Shown here: in pieces, positions 19,450-30,012 of the stretch
Numbering within the stretch: position 1 is the stretch's first letter
Layout: each line of letters begins with the position of its first letter
Virus record (IMG/VR): IMGVR_UViG_3300005841_000032
Coordinates: 32,001-96,000 of that record
Reading direction: 5' to 3' (one strand)
From: a virus
DNA: 64,000 bases
The notes under the pieces: model-generated
The model's input: the letters and a program-made list of their open reading frames with translations, nothing else
Databases searched by the model: none
What the model was told of the DNA's origin: nothing
Position numbers and translations under genes: made by a program

Positions 19450-19680
19450 TTATGAAAGTGTGCCTGTTCCGGGTGCCGTTGTGGCCCCTGTTCCCGCAGG
19501 CACAGCTACAACTACAGGAATTCCAGCTGATACAGTTATCGTTGCAGACTTTATTGAAGCTTCGATTATATTGGCAAGCCCTGTGCAAAATGCTTCCTGA
19601 GCTTGTTTTTGCTCTAACCCCTTTGTTTGTTCAATAAGAGTGTTTATTTGAGCTTTTATGGTTGAATTTACTATTGGCAT
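19450..19680 (-). CDS. small spike-tip-like protein
   Basis: 76 aa, C-terminal GATTAPGTGTLS; follows the spike gene. Confidence 0.45.
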   Translation of the reverse strand: MPIVNSTIKAQINTLIEQTKGLEQKQAQEAFCTGLANIIEASIKSATITVSAGIPVVVAVPAGTGATTAPGTGTLS

Positions 19681-19683
19681 ATT

Positions 19684-20499
19684 TTATTGAACAAATGACT
19701 TTTGACTTTTTAAATCTTCCAGTTGCTCTTTTAATTGAAGATATTCAGTAGAACTTCTTAGCGGATAAGGTCCCGCCGAATCATTTCCTAACGTATTTAA
19801 AATTGATTCTAAAAGACTTACTGTTTTATTCCCCCTAAGTATAGGTTCATCAGATTCGTTTAATTGCACTGTATTAGAATTAATTAAACACCCATTCTCA
19901 TCTATTTGTATTGATATTGGTTCACTTACGCTATCCTTTTTATATTCTACCTTAAAACTAGTTGATGTTTTTATAGAAGTTACTCCATCGTTCACTATTT
20001 CTATATCTCCGTTAACATTAACGTTCAATTTACCTCCTCTATCTTTATTTGTAACTTTTATTTCCAAATTTCCACTTCCTTGATCGCCATCTACTGAAAG
20101 TATAATTTTTCCTCTTCCGTCTATAATAATTCCAGCCGTTCCAATTCCATTCTTTTTTATAAATCTAAATTGATCTTCCTTTTGAAATTGATATTGTTGA
20201 GGTGTATTAAAAACATCCATTACATAAAGTTTACCACTATAGGGAGCTTTAACACAAATTACATCAGAGCCAAAATCATCTATGGAATTTGGAAAATCAA
20301 CAAGTTGCAAAGCTATTTTACCTATTCTTATATTATGTTGATATTCCCCATTTTCATTTGAGATGGTTACTGTATTCGTAAGATAACAATTTTTAATATA
20401 AACTTCTCTGTCTACATCGATAGGCATAGCAATTCTCCACTCTGAAATATCATAGCGATTATCTGTCATGCCTACTGTTCCTATGCCATTGCTACTCAT
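19684..20499 (-). CDS. baseplate central spike (gpV/gp5-like)
   Basis: Beta-helix-like repeats (LNVNVNGDIEI), EPILRGNKT; position after the hub. Confidence 0.55.
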   Translation of the reverse strand: MSSNGIGTVGMTDNRYDISEWRIAMPIDVDREVYIKNCYLTNTVTISNENGEYQHNIRIGKIALQLVDFPNSIDDFGSDVICVKAPYSGKLYVMDVFNTPQQYQFQKEDQFRFIKKNGIGTAGIIIDGRGKIILSVDGDQGSGNLEIKVTNKDRGGKLNVNVNGDIEIVNDGVTSIKTSTSFKVEYKKDSVSEPISIQIDENGCLINSNTVQLNESDEPILRGNKTVSLLESILNTLGNDSAGPYPLRSSTEYLQLKEQLEDLKSQKSFVQ

Positions 20500-22862
20500 T
20501 TAACAAATTGTCTACGCTGTAAAAAAAAGTTAAAAATGTTGCGATTTACACTCCAGTTCTTTAAAAATCCTGAATTTTTTATAGAAGCATTTGTGTCAAT
20601 GGAGGTATTGATAATATCAAAGTAACTAACCTTTTCCGGTTTAGCTCCAAATAATTCTACCTTGCCCTTAATATATTTTTCTATCATTCCTCTACTTACT
20701 GTTAAAATTGTATAACGGTCATTTAAAGTTCTTACATTTCTTACAGCGTCAACATAAAAAATTTCATCAGTTGGAACATAATAAATCATCATTCCAGATT
20801 TTATTCTTCTATCTCCATTTATAGTAATAGTTCCTTGTCTTGTAAATGGCAAATACGCATGACTTTGAATAATGTATTGTAAATCATAAAAAGCTTGAGA
20901 TTCAGCATACTCCATTTCTTTTTTTGTTACGCTGCTATCAATAAATTCCGTAGGCGAATAATTATACTCTATTTCATAAGATTTGTTGCCAAATACCTCC
21001 GCATATTCATCAAATACCACAATAGAGGCAAGCATAAAAGAAGACAATTCACTTCTTACTCCTAAACCTCTAGGGATTATTCTATACCATGAGTAAGCGT
21101 CATTGCTATAGCTTAAACTATCATTTATTATATCTTGTTCCTTTATATCTATTACTAAATCACTAATAAGAGACTCTCTACCCAATCTAGTATCTTTTAC
21201 AGATATTGTCGGCAACACAATTGCATTGTTTATTTCTGGTACTGAATTTCTACTTATGTTTCTAAGGCCCTTTTTTATCGAGCTTGTCAAATAATTTTTA
21301 GTTCTTGAAATATTGCCAAGAACGTTTATTCCATCTTTAATATCTTCTACTTCAACATCTTTATAAACCATACCTCTATATCCTTGAGCGTCAAATGGCA
21401 TTTTGCGAACTATGAAATAATATTTATCTCCATAAGTATCGCCCCTAAATTCAACAAATGGTTCTTGACAAACTTTTTTTATACTGTTAATAATGCTTCC
21501 ATTATCAGTGGAAATTGAATTATCCGCTAATACTCTATTGGCTGCGCTAGGATCAAAAACAAATTCAATTATTCTCCAAAGCCCTTGCCTTTCTTCTTGT
21601 AAAAATTTATTATTTAACGATTGTACAATGGTATTGTCTGTTACGATACTGTATTTTTTTGCTTGCGCCCTTAATCCATATGAATTAAAAACACTATTTG
21701 GAATTAACCCAATGCTGGAAAACTTATTGAAAATATATTTTAAGATTGTGCTTACGGGCTTAAAACTAGTTGCCGCTGCGCTAAGAAATCTGGATTCAGC
21801 CTCTATTAAATTTCTTTGTGTTAATATACTATCCGGATTATTAAATATTTGCGCTCCTATTTGCTCTGGGAAAAATATCGATCCGTCTTCTACTAATAAT
21901 TTCATCAAATCTCTACCGGATACAGTGATATTCTTATCTCTTGAACTGCTACTTGTATTAACTACATCAATTAGTCCAATCATATCGTATATGTTGCCCG
22001 GAACATCTTGGGGACCAAATGAACGGTCAAATAACTTATTTCTTTTTTCTGATTCCAAACCTTCAAACCTTATATATACAAGATCGTTTTCCTGTAATAC
22101 TTTATCGAATAAAAAGTCGTTTCGTCTTAAAAAACTATCATTTTTAATCTCATATTTAGATATACTAGCAGTCGAAAGTATATCTTCTCTTATTCCGCCT
22201 GAATTACGTCCAATTACATTATCCATAACCCACCCAGCCACTTTATCATAAACAGCAGCAACAGGCGTTAACCCTAATGCAAAAGAACCTAATTGACCAT
22301 TTACACTTGTTTCAGCATATTCCACAAATGAAGAAATGTCATACCAGTAACCTTCTTGATAATTACTTCCTATAAAAGTTGAGGAACGAATCCAAATATA
22401 AACAGATATATCATTGATTTGTTCTTTTAATATTTCCTGATCATTTTGATTTTTTATTATTGATATATAATTGGGATCAGTAAATAAATCTCTTAATGCC
22501 TTTGCAATAAAAGGTTTATAATCAGTTAGCTTTATTGTGTCGGGTACAATATTTGATTTTGTTACTTGCCTTTTTATTACTCCATTAGACAATACAACAG
22601 AAGTCCCTGACTTTATAATCAAATTTTCAGGAATGGTTTTGCTAAAAAGTTCTAATTCCTCTTTGGTATAATGAGATATTATTCTTTGATAATTATTCTT
22701 ATCTAATTGATCTATAAATTGGCCCGCAGAAGTGATTTTAACAATTAAAGTATCAATAAATTTTTTTGCAGTAAAATCAGGAGCTAATTCAAATTGTGAA
22801 AGGAACTCGCCTACAGTTTGCTCATCATCTACGCAAAATTCATTAAGGTCATTAATTAACAT
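20496..22862 (-). CDS. baseplate hub protein (gp27-like)
   Basis: ITVSGRDLMK and GTITINGDRRIKSG; follows the tape measure. Confidence 0.65.
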   Translation of the reverse strand: MLINDLNEFCVDDEQTVGEFLSQFELAPDFTAKKFIDTLIVKITSAGQFIDQLDKNNYQRIISHYTKEELELFSKTIPENLIIKSGTSVVLSNGVIKRQVTKSNIVPDTIKLTDYKPFIAKALRDLFTDPNYISIIKNQNDQEILKEQINDISVYIWIRSSTFIGSNYQEGYWYDISSFVEYAETSVNGQLGSFALGLTPVAAVYDKVAGWVMDNVIGRNSGGIREDILSTASISKYEIKNDSFLRRNDFLFDKVLQENDLVYIRFEGLESEKRNKLFDRSFGPQDVPGNIYDMIGLIDVVNTSSSSRDKNITVSGRDLMKLLVEDGSIFFPEQIGAQIFNNPDSILTQRNLIEAESRFLSAAATSFKPVSTILKYIFNKFSSIGLIPNSVFNSYGLRAQAKKYSIVTDNTIVQSLNNKFLQEERQGLWRIIEFVFDPSAANRVLADNSISTDNGSIINSIKKVCQEPFVEFRGDTYGDKYYFIVRKMPFDAQGYRGMVYKDVEVEDIKDGINVLGNISRTKNYLTSSIKKGLRNISRNSVPEINNAIVLPTISVKDTRLGRESLISDLVIDIKEQDIINDSLSYSNDAYSWYRIIPRGLGVRSELSSFMLASIVVFDEYAEVFGNKSYEIEYNYSPTEFIDSSVTKKEMEYAESQAFYDLQYIIQSHAYLPFTRQGTITINGDRRIKSGMMIYYVPTDEIFYVDAVRNVRTLNDRYTILTVSRGMIEKYIKGKVELFGAKPEKVSYFDIINTSIDTNASIKNSGFLKNWSVNRNIFNFFLQRRQFVK

Positions 22863-24676
22863 TAGTGATAATAAGTTTTTGGACTAGTTCCTGCCGTTGG
22901 AACATAATCAACTGAACTGCCATCTTTATTGTAGTATCTATCTTTACCTTTTTCTAATGGCTTTTTACTGCCCACTGCATTATGTTTAATAACAGTTTTA
23001 TCATCACTACTTGTTAAATCAGGAAATTTAAATTTTTCTCTAAAATGTTCAGCGGCCTTATCTATTGCTTGACTAAATCTTTTTTCAAATTGCGATTCTA
23101 GTTCAATAATGCCCTCCATAAATCCATCTATAAATGCATCAGTTACTCTTGCTGCATCCTTTTGTTGCGTTGAAGTATATTTTTCAGATTCGCTTTTTAT
23201 AACATTATCAGGAATCAATTTTTGAATTTCACTTGGACTCATTGATCCTATTTTATCCCCCTGTGCAAATAATCTATCTATAGCTTCAGACGGTAAATTA
23301 AATTCACTTTTAGCAATAAATTTTTGATATGATTCACTAGCAGAACTACTTCTAATCATTTTCATCATTTCTTGCAAATAACCTGGGGTTTGTATACCTT
23401 GCTCTTGCATTTTTTGAAGCTCCCACATATCAGCATTGGGCTTTAATGATCTTAAAACAGAATAGCTCATTGCTTGCGAAAATGGAGTTTGCGGATTACT
23501 TAATCCAGAATTAATTTTATCAATATTAGACAATGAACGAGGATCGCCAATAGAAAACATTCCACCTATTCTATTAAATTCATACATTAATCTAGTTGCA
23601 TCTGATCCAGAAACATTTTCTTTTGTTTCAGAAAACTTTTGCAATAATTGAGTTTGAGTTTTTATAGCATCGCTGAATCTTGATCTATCCAATCCCTCTG
23701 CTATACCAACGCCCAAGGCTCTTTGAACATTTATTTTTGCACTGCCTCCTCCGCTACGTTCCATTCCAAATGCAGATAATGTAGCGTCTTCGCCAACACC
23801 AAATCCTCTTTGTAAGCCAAGCACCATTGCAGCATTCCCACTAGCATTATTAGTTGATCCACTTGCAAGAGAAATTCGACTCATTGCCTCTTTAACTGCA
23901 ATAGAATCAAATCCCGAATTTGCCATATTTACTCCTTCTCCCCTACCTCCAATAGCATTAAAACCAAATGTAGCTTGTTGGAATTTATCTAATGTCCTAA
24001 AATGCCTAACAACTGCATCAGCTGCCATTCCAGATAAATCTTTACCGAATTGCATTCCAATAGCAGAAAAATTAGTTTGACCGGCTCCCGTTCCTAAAAT
24101 TTTAGTTCCAGCCAATGCATCCATGCCGGTGCCAACTAATCCACCAGCAAGTCCTCCGGTTATTTGAGCAAACGGGGAAACTATATCCAATCCAGTTTCA
24201 GAATTCACAGAATTTTTTAACAATCCTGCTATGTCCCTTAAAAATCCGGCTTTTAAAACTTCTGAAAAAATATTTTTTTCTTCTTTCGGCCCATTTGATT
24301 TATTAAAATCTTGCGCTCCCCTTATTGATTTTTCTTCCCCCTTAATGCCATTAAGTTCATTTTGCAATCTTTGAATTTTTCTTTCTGCTGCTACCCTTTC
24401 TGCCCTATCTTCAAAAGAGTCTCCTAATCCACTTACTATTGATTTGGCTTGTTTTAATTTTTCTTGAGTTATTTCTTTTTGAACTTTAAGAAATTCCCTA
24501 GAAGCTTTTAACTGATCTTCAATTATCTTGAATTGTTCCTTCTGATTCTTAGTTTGTTTCGCAGCTTCATTGGCAAACGATTCATACATAGTTTTAGAAT
24601 CCGATTGCAATTTTTTCATGAATGCAGTTAACTCACTACCTTCTGCCGAAAACTTAATTTTCTTTTCTTCTGCCAT
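22862..24676 (-). CDS. tape measure protein
   Basis: Coiled-coil N-terminus, A/G-rich helical core, downstream of tube and chaperones. Confidence 0.7.
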   Translation of the reverse strand: MAEEKKIKFSAEGSELTAFMKKLQSDSKTMYESFANEAAKQTKNQKEQFKIIEDQLKASREFLKVQKEITQEKLKQAKSIVSGLGDSFEDRAERVAAERKIQRLQNELNGIKGEEKSIRGAQDFNKSNGPKEEKNIFSEVLKAGFLRDIAGLLKNSVNSETGLDIVSPFAQITGGLAGGLVGTGMDALAGTKILGTGAGQTNFSAIGMQFGKDLSGMAADAVVRHFRTLDKFQQATFGFNAIGGRGEGVNMANSGFDSIAVKEAMSRISLASGSTNNASGNAAMVLGLQRGFGVGEDATLSAFGMERSGGGSAKINVQRALGVGIAEGLDRSRFSDAIKTQTQLLQKFSETKENVSGSDATRLMYEFNRIGGMFSIGDPRSLSNIDKINSGLSNPQTPFSQAMSYSVLRSLKPNADMWELQKMQEQGIQTPGYLQEMMKMIRSSSASESYQKFIAKSEFNLPSEAIDRLFAQGDKIGSMSPSEIQKLIPDNVIKSESEKYTSTQQKDAARVTDAFIDGFMEGIIELESQFEKRFSQAIDKAAEHFREKFKFPDLTSSDDKTVIKHNAVGSKKPLEKGKDRYYNKDGSSVDYVPTAGTSPKTYYH

Positions 24677-24679
24677 TAT

Positions 24680-24964
24680 CTAAAAATCTTTCAAATCAAT
24701 CTTATCAAACGCTTCTATCAATTTTTCTTTATTTACTATACTTTCACTGATCCAGCCATCTTTTTTAAATCTTTCTTCACGCCTCTTCTCTTCCTCTCTT
24801 TCAGTAAAGAATTCTTTTATTAAATTATCTTCAATATATTCAAAATGAATATCTAATTGGTTGGCGCTTCTATGCTGCTCACTATTAAATGAAACATTAT
24901 ATTTTTTCCTCCACCAAAAGTCACGCTTCCAATCGTTATCCCATTTTAATACAAACTCTCTCAC
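24680..24964 (-). CDS. tail assembly chaperone (second)
   Basis: Position before the TMP; DFWWRKKYN motif. Confidence 0.5.
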   Translation of the reverse strand: MREFVLKWDNDWKRDFWWRKKYNVSFNSEQHRSANQLDIHFEYIEDNLIKEFFTEREEEKRREERFKKDGWISESIVNKEKLIEAFDKIDLKDF

Positions 24965-25353
24965 TATTCATCTTTCTTTTCTTCTGTCTTTAGTTTTCTA
25001 GCTTCATCATTTAAAGCTTCTCTCCATTCCTCCATCCAAGCATAATAATTCTCATAAGCCTTAACAACTTGCTTAGATTGAAAAAGATCTAAATCAAACA
25101 AAGAGGTAACATTCATATCAGTTTTTAATTCAGGTATAAGTATCTCAAAGGTACAAGCTGATTCTACTGCAAGATAGGCTTCTCGTGAAGCCACACTACC
25201 AAATAATAGATCTTTATGCATTCCGTTTGTTACGTGTAATTTTCTAACTTCTATATCGATTAATTTGGCATTCTTAGGAAAGGCAATAGAATAAGTATTC
25301 GGACCTATGGTGACCTTCAATTCTCTAGGTGGTAGTTTCTTTGCTTCTGTCAT
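24964..25353 (-). CDS. tail assembly chaperone
   Basis: Position after the tube gene. Confidence 0.55.
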   Translation of the reverse strand: MTEAKKLPPRELKVTIGPNTYSIAFPKNAKLIDIEVRKLHVTNGMHKDLLFGSVASREAYLAVESACTFEILIPELKTDMNVTSLFDLDLFQSKQVVKAYENYYAWMEEWREALNDEARKLKTEEKKDE

Positions 25354-25383
25354 AATTATTTAATTGTGCTTATTAAAATTAAA

Positions 25384-25413
25384 AAGGCTATGGTTTATTT
25401 CATCCATAGCCTT
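25384..25413 (-). terminator. intrinsic terminator
   Basis: AAGGCTATGG/CCATAGCCTT stem followed by a T-run on the minus strand. Confidence 0.6.
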
Positions 25414-25435
25414 AAAAATACGGTTTGTAATTAAC

Positions 25436-26425
25436 TTACAGATTCGGTGAAAGCCTCCACTTAAATCCATATAATGTATCTAAATTACTTTTCCCTCTTA
25501 TAAATCTACCAATAGCATCTGCTTTGCCACTATTATAATCGCCAGCTTCTTTTAAAGTTTTGAATTCTGCTAAAATTTCACCAGTAATAGCATCTAATTT
25601 CTGAACACTCGTTTTCCCATTTTCACTATTTTTAGCCAATAGAATTCTATCATTAAACTGATCCAAAGACATTTTTTCATAATCTGATTTGTAAATAAAT
25701 ACAAAATTATGCGCCTTACGAACTGTATTTAAGCAGCATGGAACAACTCCTGATATTTTAGTAATTTTCTTAGCTTGAGTTGCCGATTCATATTCAGCTA
25801 TCAATCTACCATTAAAATCAAATTGTAATACCCGTTTGGCATACATTTGAATCAATTTATTTTTTTCGCTTTCAGTGTAAATGCGTTTCTTTCTAACTCC
25901 CTTAAAATTTTTCCTTGCTTCTTTAGCCGAAACACTCATTTTGGCTCTTGTTTCATCACTAACTTTTTTACCCAAATTAGCCAATCTATTATTTTCTATT
26001 TCTTCTTTACTTTTAACACTGCCCTTTGGACGCCCTATTCTTTTCTTGGCTTCTGTAGAATATCTTATATCAGCTATACTCTTTTTAGCCCTTCTATCTT
26101 TATTGTACCCCAACTTATAAAATCGATTATCTTTTTCAGAAGCAAAAAGAATATCGTTCAAATATTCTTGTTCAATATCTTTTAAATGATCCTTAAATCT
26201 ATCCATAGACAAGCCTTTATTTTCTACTACCTCTAAAATATATGGAATTAAAAATAGCCCATGCATTTGATATGCTTTGCACAAATCTTTATTTGAATGT
26301 TGTTGCAAGCGCATATATCGTTCATGGTCCTTTAATCTTCTAGCCAGATTGCAAGATGAACCAATATAAATTTTTGATTTATAAAAATCAACAATAGCAT
26401 AAATGCCAGCCTTAACTGAATTCAT
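25436..26425 (-). CDS. GIY-YIG homing endonuclease with NUMOD3/NUMOD1 repeats
   Basis: AGIYAI...IYIGSS; SDETRAKMS; EYESATQA. Confidence 0.9.
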   Translation of the reverse strand: MNSVKAGIYAIVDFYKSKIYIGSSCNLARRLKDHERYMRLQQHSNKDLCKAYQMHGLFLIPYILEVVENKGLSMDRFKDHLKDIEQEYLNDILFASEKDNRFYKLGYNKDRRAKKSIADIRYSTEAKKRIGRPKGSVKSKEEIENNRLANLGKKVSDETRAKMSVSAKEARKNFKGVRKKRIYTESEKNKLIQMYAKRVLQFDFNGRLIAEYESATQAKKITKISGVVPCCLNTVRKAHNFVFIYKSDYEKMSLDQFNDRILLAKNSENGKTSVQKLDAITGEILAEFKTLKEAGDYNSGKADAIGRFIRGKSNLDTLYGFKWRLSPNL

Positions 26426-26450
26426 GCTACAAATCTAATAAAAATAAATT

Positions 26451-26936
26451 TTATAAATTTGGTGAGAGTATAGGATTAAGATACCGGAAGCCAATATTAT
26501 GTCCAGAAATAGTATTTTCAGTAATATTAGCACCTTCTGTGTCAATGTATACTTGACCTAAGATTGCATAAGGAACTGCTTTTGGAATTTTCTTTCCAGT
26601 TTCATCTATCAAATCAGTTACTTTTTTGAAAATATCGATTTGAATTCCATCGCCTTCTAACAAAAGTTGATCATCAAACTCTTGATTAGTTTTTACATTT
26701 CTATTAATACCCCCTAATCCAGTACTTGTAAAATCAATTTCATAAAAATCACAAGAACCTCTACCGCCCCAAGATAAAATTGGAACCTCGCTAGTTAATG
26801 CCGTTCCTATTCCGCGGACTTCGCCGCGGCTCATATCTTCAGTCCAAGAAATATTACGCATTCTTCCTATCGCTGTACCATTTTTCCTAATTACTGCGAT
26901 GTTGCCGGTGAGCACCTTGCCTTCGTTTGCTGCCAT
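26451..26936 (-). CDS. tail tube protein
   Basis: 161 aa directly after the sheath; VLTGNIAVI...IGRMRNIS...EVRGIG. Confidence 0.8.
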   Translation of the reverse strand: MAANEGKVLTGNIAVIRKNGTAIGRMRNISWTEDMSRGEVRGIGTALTSEVPILSWGGRGSCDFYEIDFTSTGLGGINRNVKTNQEFDDQLLLEGDGIQIDIFKKVTDLIDETGKKIPKAVPYAILGQVYIDTEGANITENTISGHNIGFRYLNPILSPNL

Positions 26937-26946
26937 TTATTTTTTA

Positions 26947-28929
26947 TTAACTATTAGGGTCTAAAATTGTACCAGTAAAGAAAATAAAATTAACAGCAGT
27001 ATTGGCTACAAATGCATACGTTACTTCATATGCATCTACATTCAATACTACATTTACGTCCCTAAAACTGATTATTAAATTGTCTTGATTATCTTTTGCG
27101 CACTTTGTTTGCAGATAATTTTCAACAAAAGTTTTTACATCTTCTGCCTTTAATGTATTACGATTTGTACCATCCGGTTTCTTAAGAAGAACCGTTTTTG
27201 CATTAAATACCAACTCCTTATTTAATTGCCTTTCAATACGTGCCAGTTGCTTACTATAAGTTGAGCCGTCAGGGTTGACTAGTAATTGATCATTTTGAAG
27301 AGTATTAATTCCTTCAACAATTTCAAAAGAATTTCCAATTGCGCGCGTCATTAGCACACCATTCGACAAACCTAATTCAAGGTCATTCTTTTTAAGTGAA
27401 TGAGCTTCTCCCTCAATTCCAATGTTTTTAAATGTCAATGGAATCTGTGGCGCTAATCCTGCTTCACGACCAAGTATTGCTGCTGCTTTATAAATAGAAT
27501 CGTAATGCTTAAACCCTTGTCCGCCTATCGCTATCTTATTTGCACCACCATGTACCAATGTTACATATTGACTATCAAAAGCCACTGCTAATGAATTAGA
27601 ACTATTGGAACCCGTATTCCAATCAGAAACATCGTAGCCTCCACCAATATAAATATCTGGTTTAATTTGAAGTTCATTTGTTGCAAATTCAATAATAGAA
27701 AGATTAGAAGTAGATCGTGCATTAACACCCCAATCATCTGCAAGTATAAAATCAAACGTTAAATCTGCAATAGCCTCTAAAGCATCTGTAAGATCGTCTG
27801 AGCTATAAGATTCAGTGCCGCCTACTGCTTTTTCATAAATGCTATATGCAGCAAGATCATCAGTTGTAATTTCATCACTAGCCCCTATTGAATAATCTGC
27901 AAGCGTAAAGTAAAATTTGAATGTAAAGTTACTATTCATCCAGTTTACTAATTCCTGAACAGTGCTAACCTCTGGTGATTTTACAATCAATTCAGGAATA
28001 GTACTTAATTCTGGAATTCCATCAAAATCTTCTGGAGCGTCAATTGAAATAATGCCATCTAATCCTTTATATGTTCCCCTATAAAAACTCAAGATGAATT
28101 TAGTATCGTCTACTTTTCCAGCTGACATTCTTGCAGCATAACCACGAGTAAGAATGGTTCCCTCTACCCCACCTGAAAAATTACCACTGTTACCTGCAAC
28201 TGAACCGGTTGTCTGAATAGTAGCAGGTAATCCATTCAATGAATCCGCTGAACCATGAGGTGCGTAAATCACTATCTGAGTTGTGTTTTGTGAAAACACT
28301 TCACATAAACCATTTGCATCTATTGCCGATGCAAGTCCTGCAACAATTGCTACAATATTGTCACCGGGTTTAACTACATAGGTTCCAGCAGGTTCACCTC
28401 CAATATTTACAGCAATAGAGTCACCGACTACACCAACATTAGTAATTGTTATTGTTGCTTTTGCCCTTGTTTCGTCTCCGAGCACTCCATTCCCAATATA
28501 CCCCTCGGCATTCACTTGAATATCGAGCGAACCATCATTTTCATCACCATCACTAGCCGATGAGCCAAAAAATAAATTAATTTCAGCCGGAACGGTTTGT
28601 GCGGCGCGAATATAAGTTAGACTATCTATCCCTTTTGAAGCTCCGCCTCCGGGCAAGAACAATGGACCGGCAAGAAACCAATGTAAGCCACCTTTTTGAA
28701 ATTTTCTAAATTCTCCTAATTGATTAAAAGTATAAATAGCATCTTTACCGCTTTTCAATGTGCCATTTATACCGGAGCCTCCACCATAAAACTTTGAATT
28801 ACCCGTAGAAATTAACAAAGTATTACCAAAACCTAATTGCAATACCGGAGAAGTAATGCCTCCCTTAATTGTTGAATAAGCTCCGGGAATTGTAATAACT
28901 GAAGAGTCGAAAAAATGCTGTCCGGCCAT
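26947..28929 (-). CDS. tail sheath protein
   Basis: 660 aa; PGAYS N-terminus, PLTFK, GINTLQ, C-terminal VNFIFFTG. Confidence 0.85.
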   Translation of the reverse strand: MAGQHFFDSSVITIPGAYSTIKGGITSPVLQLGFGNTLLISTGNSKFYGGGSGINGTLKSGKDAIYTFNQLGEFRKFQKGGLHWFLAGPLFLPGGGASKGIDSLTYIRAAQTVPAEINLFFGSSASDGDENDGSLDIQVNAEGYIGNGVLGDETRAKATITITNVGVVGDSIAVNIGGEPAGTYVVKPGDNIVAIVAGLASAIDANGLCEVFSQNTTQIVIYAPHGSADSLNGLPATIQTTGSVAGNSGNFSGGVEGTILTRGYAARMSAGKVDDTKFILSFYRGTYKGLDGIISIDAPEDFDGIPELSTIPELIVKSPEVSTVQELVNWMNSNFTFKFYFTLADYSIGASDEITTDDLAAYSIYEKAVGGTESYSSDDLTDALEAIADLTFDFILADDWGVNARSTSNLSIIEFATNELQIKPDIYIGGGYDVSDWNTGSNSSNSLAVAFDSQYVTLVHGGANKIAIGGQGFKHYDSIYKAAAILGREAGLAPQIPLTFKNIGIEGEAHSLKKNDLELGLSNGVLMTRAIGNSFEIVEGINTLQNDQLLVNPDGSTYSKQLARIERQLNKELVFNAKTVLLKKPDGTNRNTLKAEDVKTFVENYLQTKCAKDNQDNLIISFRDVNVVLNVDAYEVTYAFVANTAVNFIFFTGTILDPNS

Positions 28930-28985
28930 TAGGTGTCTTTAAAATGCGTTAATCTTAAAAATACCAAATCGGCGTTTATAATTCC

Positions 28986-29744
28986 CTAACTTGAACTATC
29001 GTTTAAATCGTCGCTTTCTTCAAATTCAATTGAACCTTGTGGCGTTTCTGCTCCTTCTGGCTTCCAATATATTCTTATTTTTCTAAATATTTCCTGAATC
29101 ACAATAGATGGTGACACTTGCTCATATTCAAATGTTAACACTATCGCTTTCTGGAATAATCTATCTGGAATCTCATTTCTCATTTTCAATTCCTGACCTG
29201 CTATTTTTATATTACTTAATCCCGTTAACTCAAAGTGATTTATGCAAGAGACTAGAAGGGCTTTCATAACATTATAAATAACTGTCATTTCTACTCTATT
29301 CTCGCAAACGATTAGAACGTAATGGGTAGCTAGATAACGTCTCATATATTGAGCCCTATATTGATCTGGTTCAGGGGCGTTATTAGCTATTTCAATTTCA
29401 TCCTGATCTCCTTCACCTATCATTATTGAATTATTTGCGGGGCTTTCAGATGGTTGCGTAATGTATAATTGCGGCACCTTTGTGTCATTGTGATCAAAGT
29501 TTAGAGTGCAATTGAAATGCTTTGGACTTTGAGGAGTAGTTATAAAAATCTTTACCGCTTCGTCATATAAACTTCTATTTGATACCGTTTGATTATTTAA
29601 TAGCAAGTAAAGTAAGCCTTCTTCTTGTTTTCCTTCTATTTGCTTATTTCTGTAATCGTCTCTTATCGTTATCAATAACTGATTGATTGTTTCTAAGATA
29701 ACGTGCTCGGGCAACAGGAGGGGTATATTGTTCAAAACTGCCAT
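28986..29744 (-). CDS. tail completion / neck protein (likely start MAVLNN)
   Basis: Position before the sheath; late-promoter motif 4 nt upstream of this ATG. Confidence 0.55.
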   Translation of the reverse strand: MAVLNNIPLLLPEHVILETINQLLITIRDDYRNKQIEGKQEEGLLYLLLNNQTVSNRSLYDEAVKIFITTPQSPKHFNCTLNFDHNDTKVPQLYITQPSESPANNSIMIGEGDQDEIEIANNAPEPDQYRAQYMRRYLATHYVLIVCENRVEMTVIYNVMKALLVSCINHFELTGLSNIKIAGQELKMRNEIPDRLFQKAIVLTFEYEQVSPSIVIQEIFRKIRIYWKPEGAETPQGSIEFEESDDLNDSSS

Positions 29745-29761
29745 TACCTTAAAAATACGAA

Positions 29762-29782
29762 AACCCGCCTTTGAAGCGGGTT
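29762..29782. terminator. GC-rich hairpin, probable terminator
   Basis: AACCCGC-CTTTGAA-GCGGGTT. Confidence 0.5.
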
Positions 29783-30012
29783 CTACTTTAAGCCAAAAAA
29801 AAAGGAATTTCAATTTTTATTTTGAAGCGTCCTCCACGCAATAGTATCTAATTTTGTACTAATTCCATATCTTGGCATAACTTCAATATCACGAATCAAT
29901 TCTGAAATCAATCTACCACGAGAAACCAATCCATGTTTAACACCTGTAAATTTAGCAAGAACTTTTTAAAGGAATTTTTTAAAATATTTTTGATAAGAAA
30001 TTTAGCAAATTG

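Noticed and set aside
24680-25353. Programmed frameshift between the tail chaperones
   Set aside because: No convincing slippery heptamer at the junction; a TAG/GTG overlap explains coupling.
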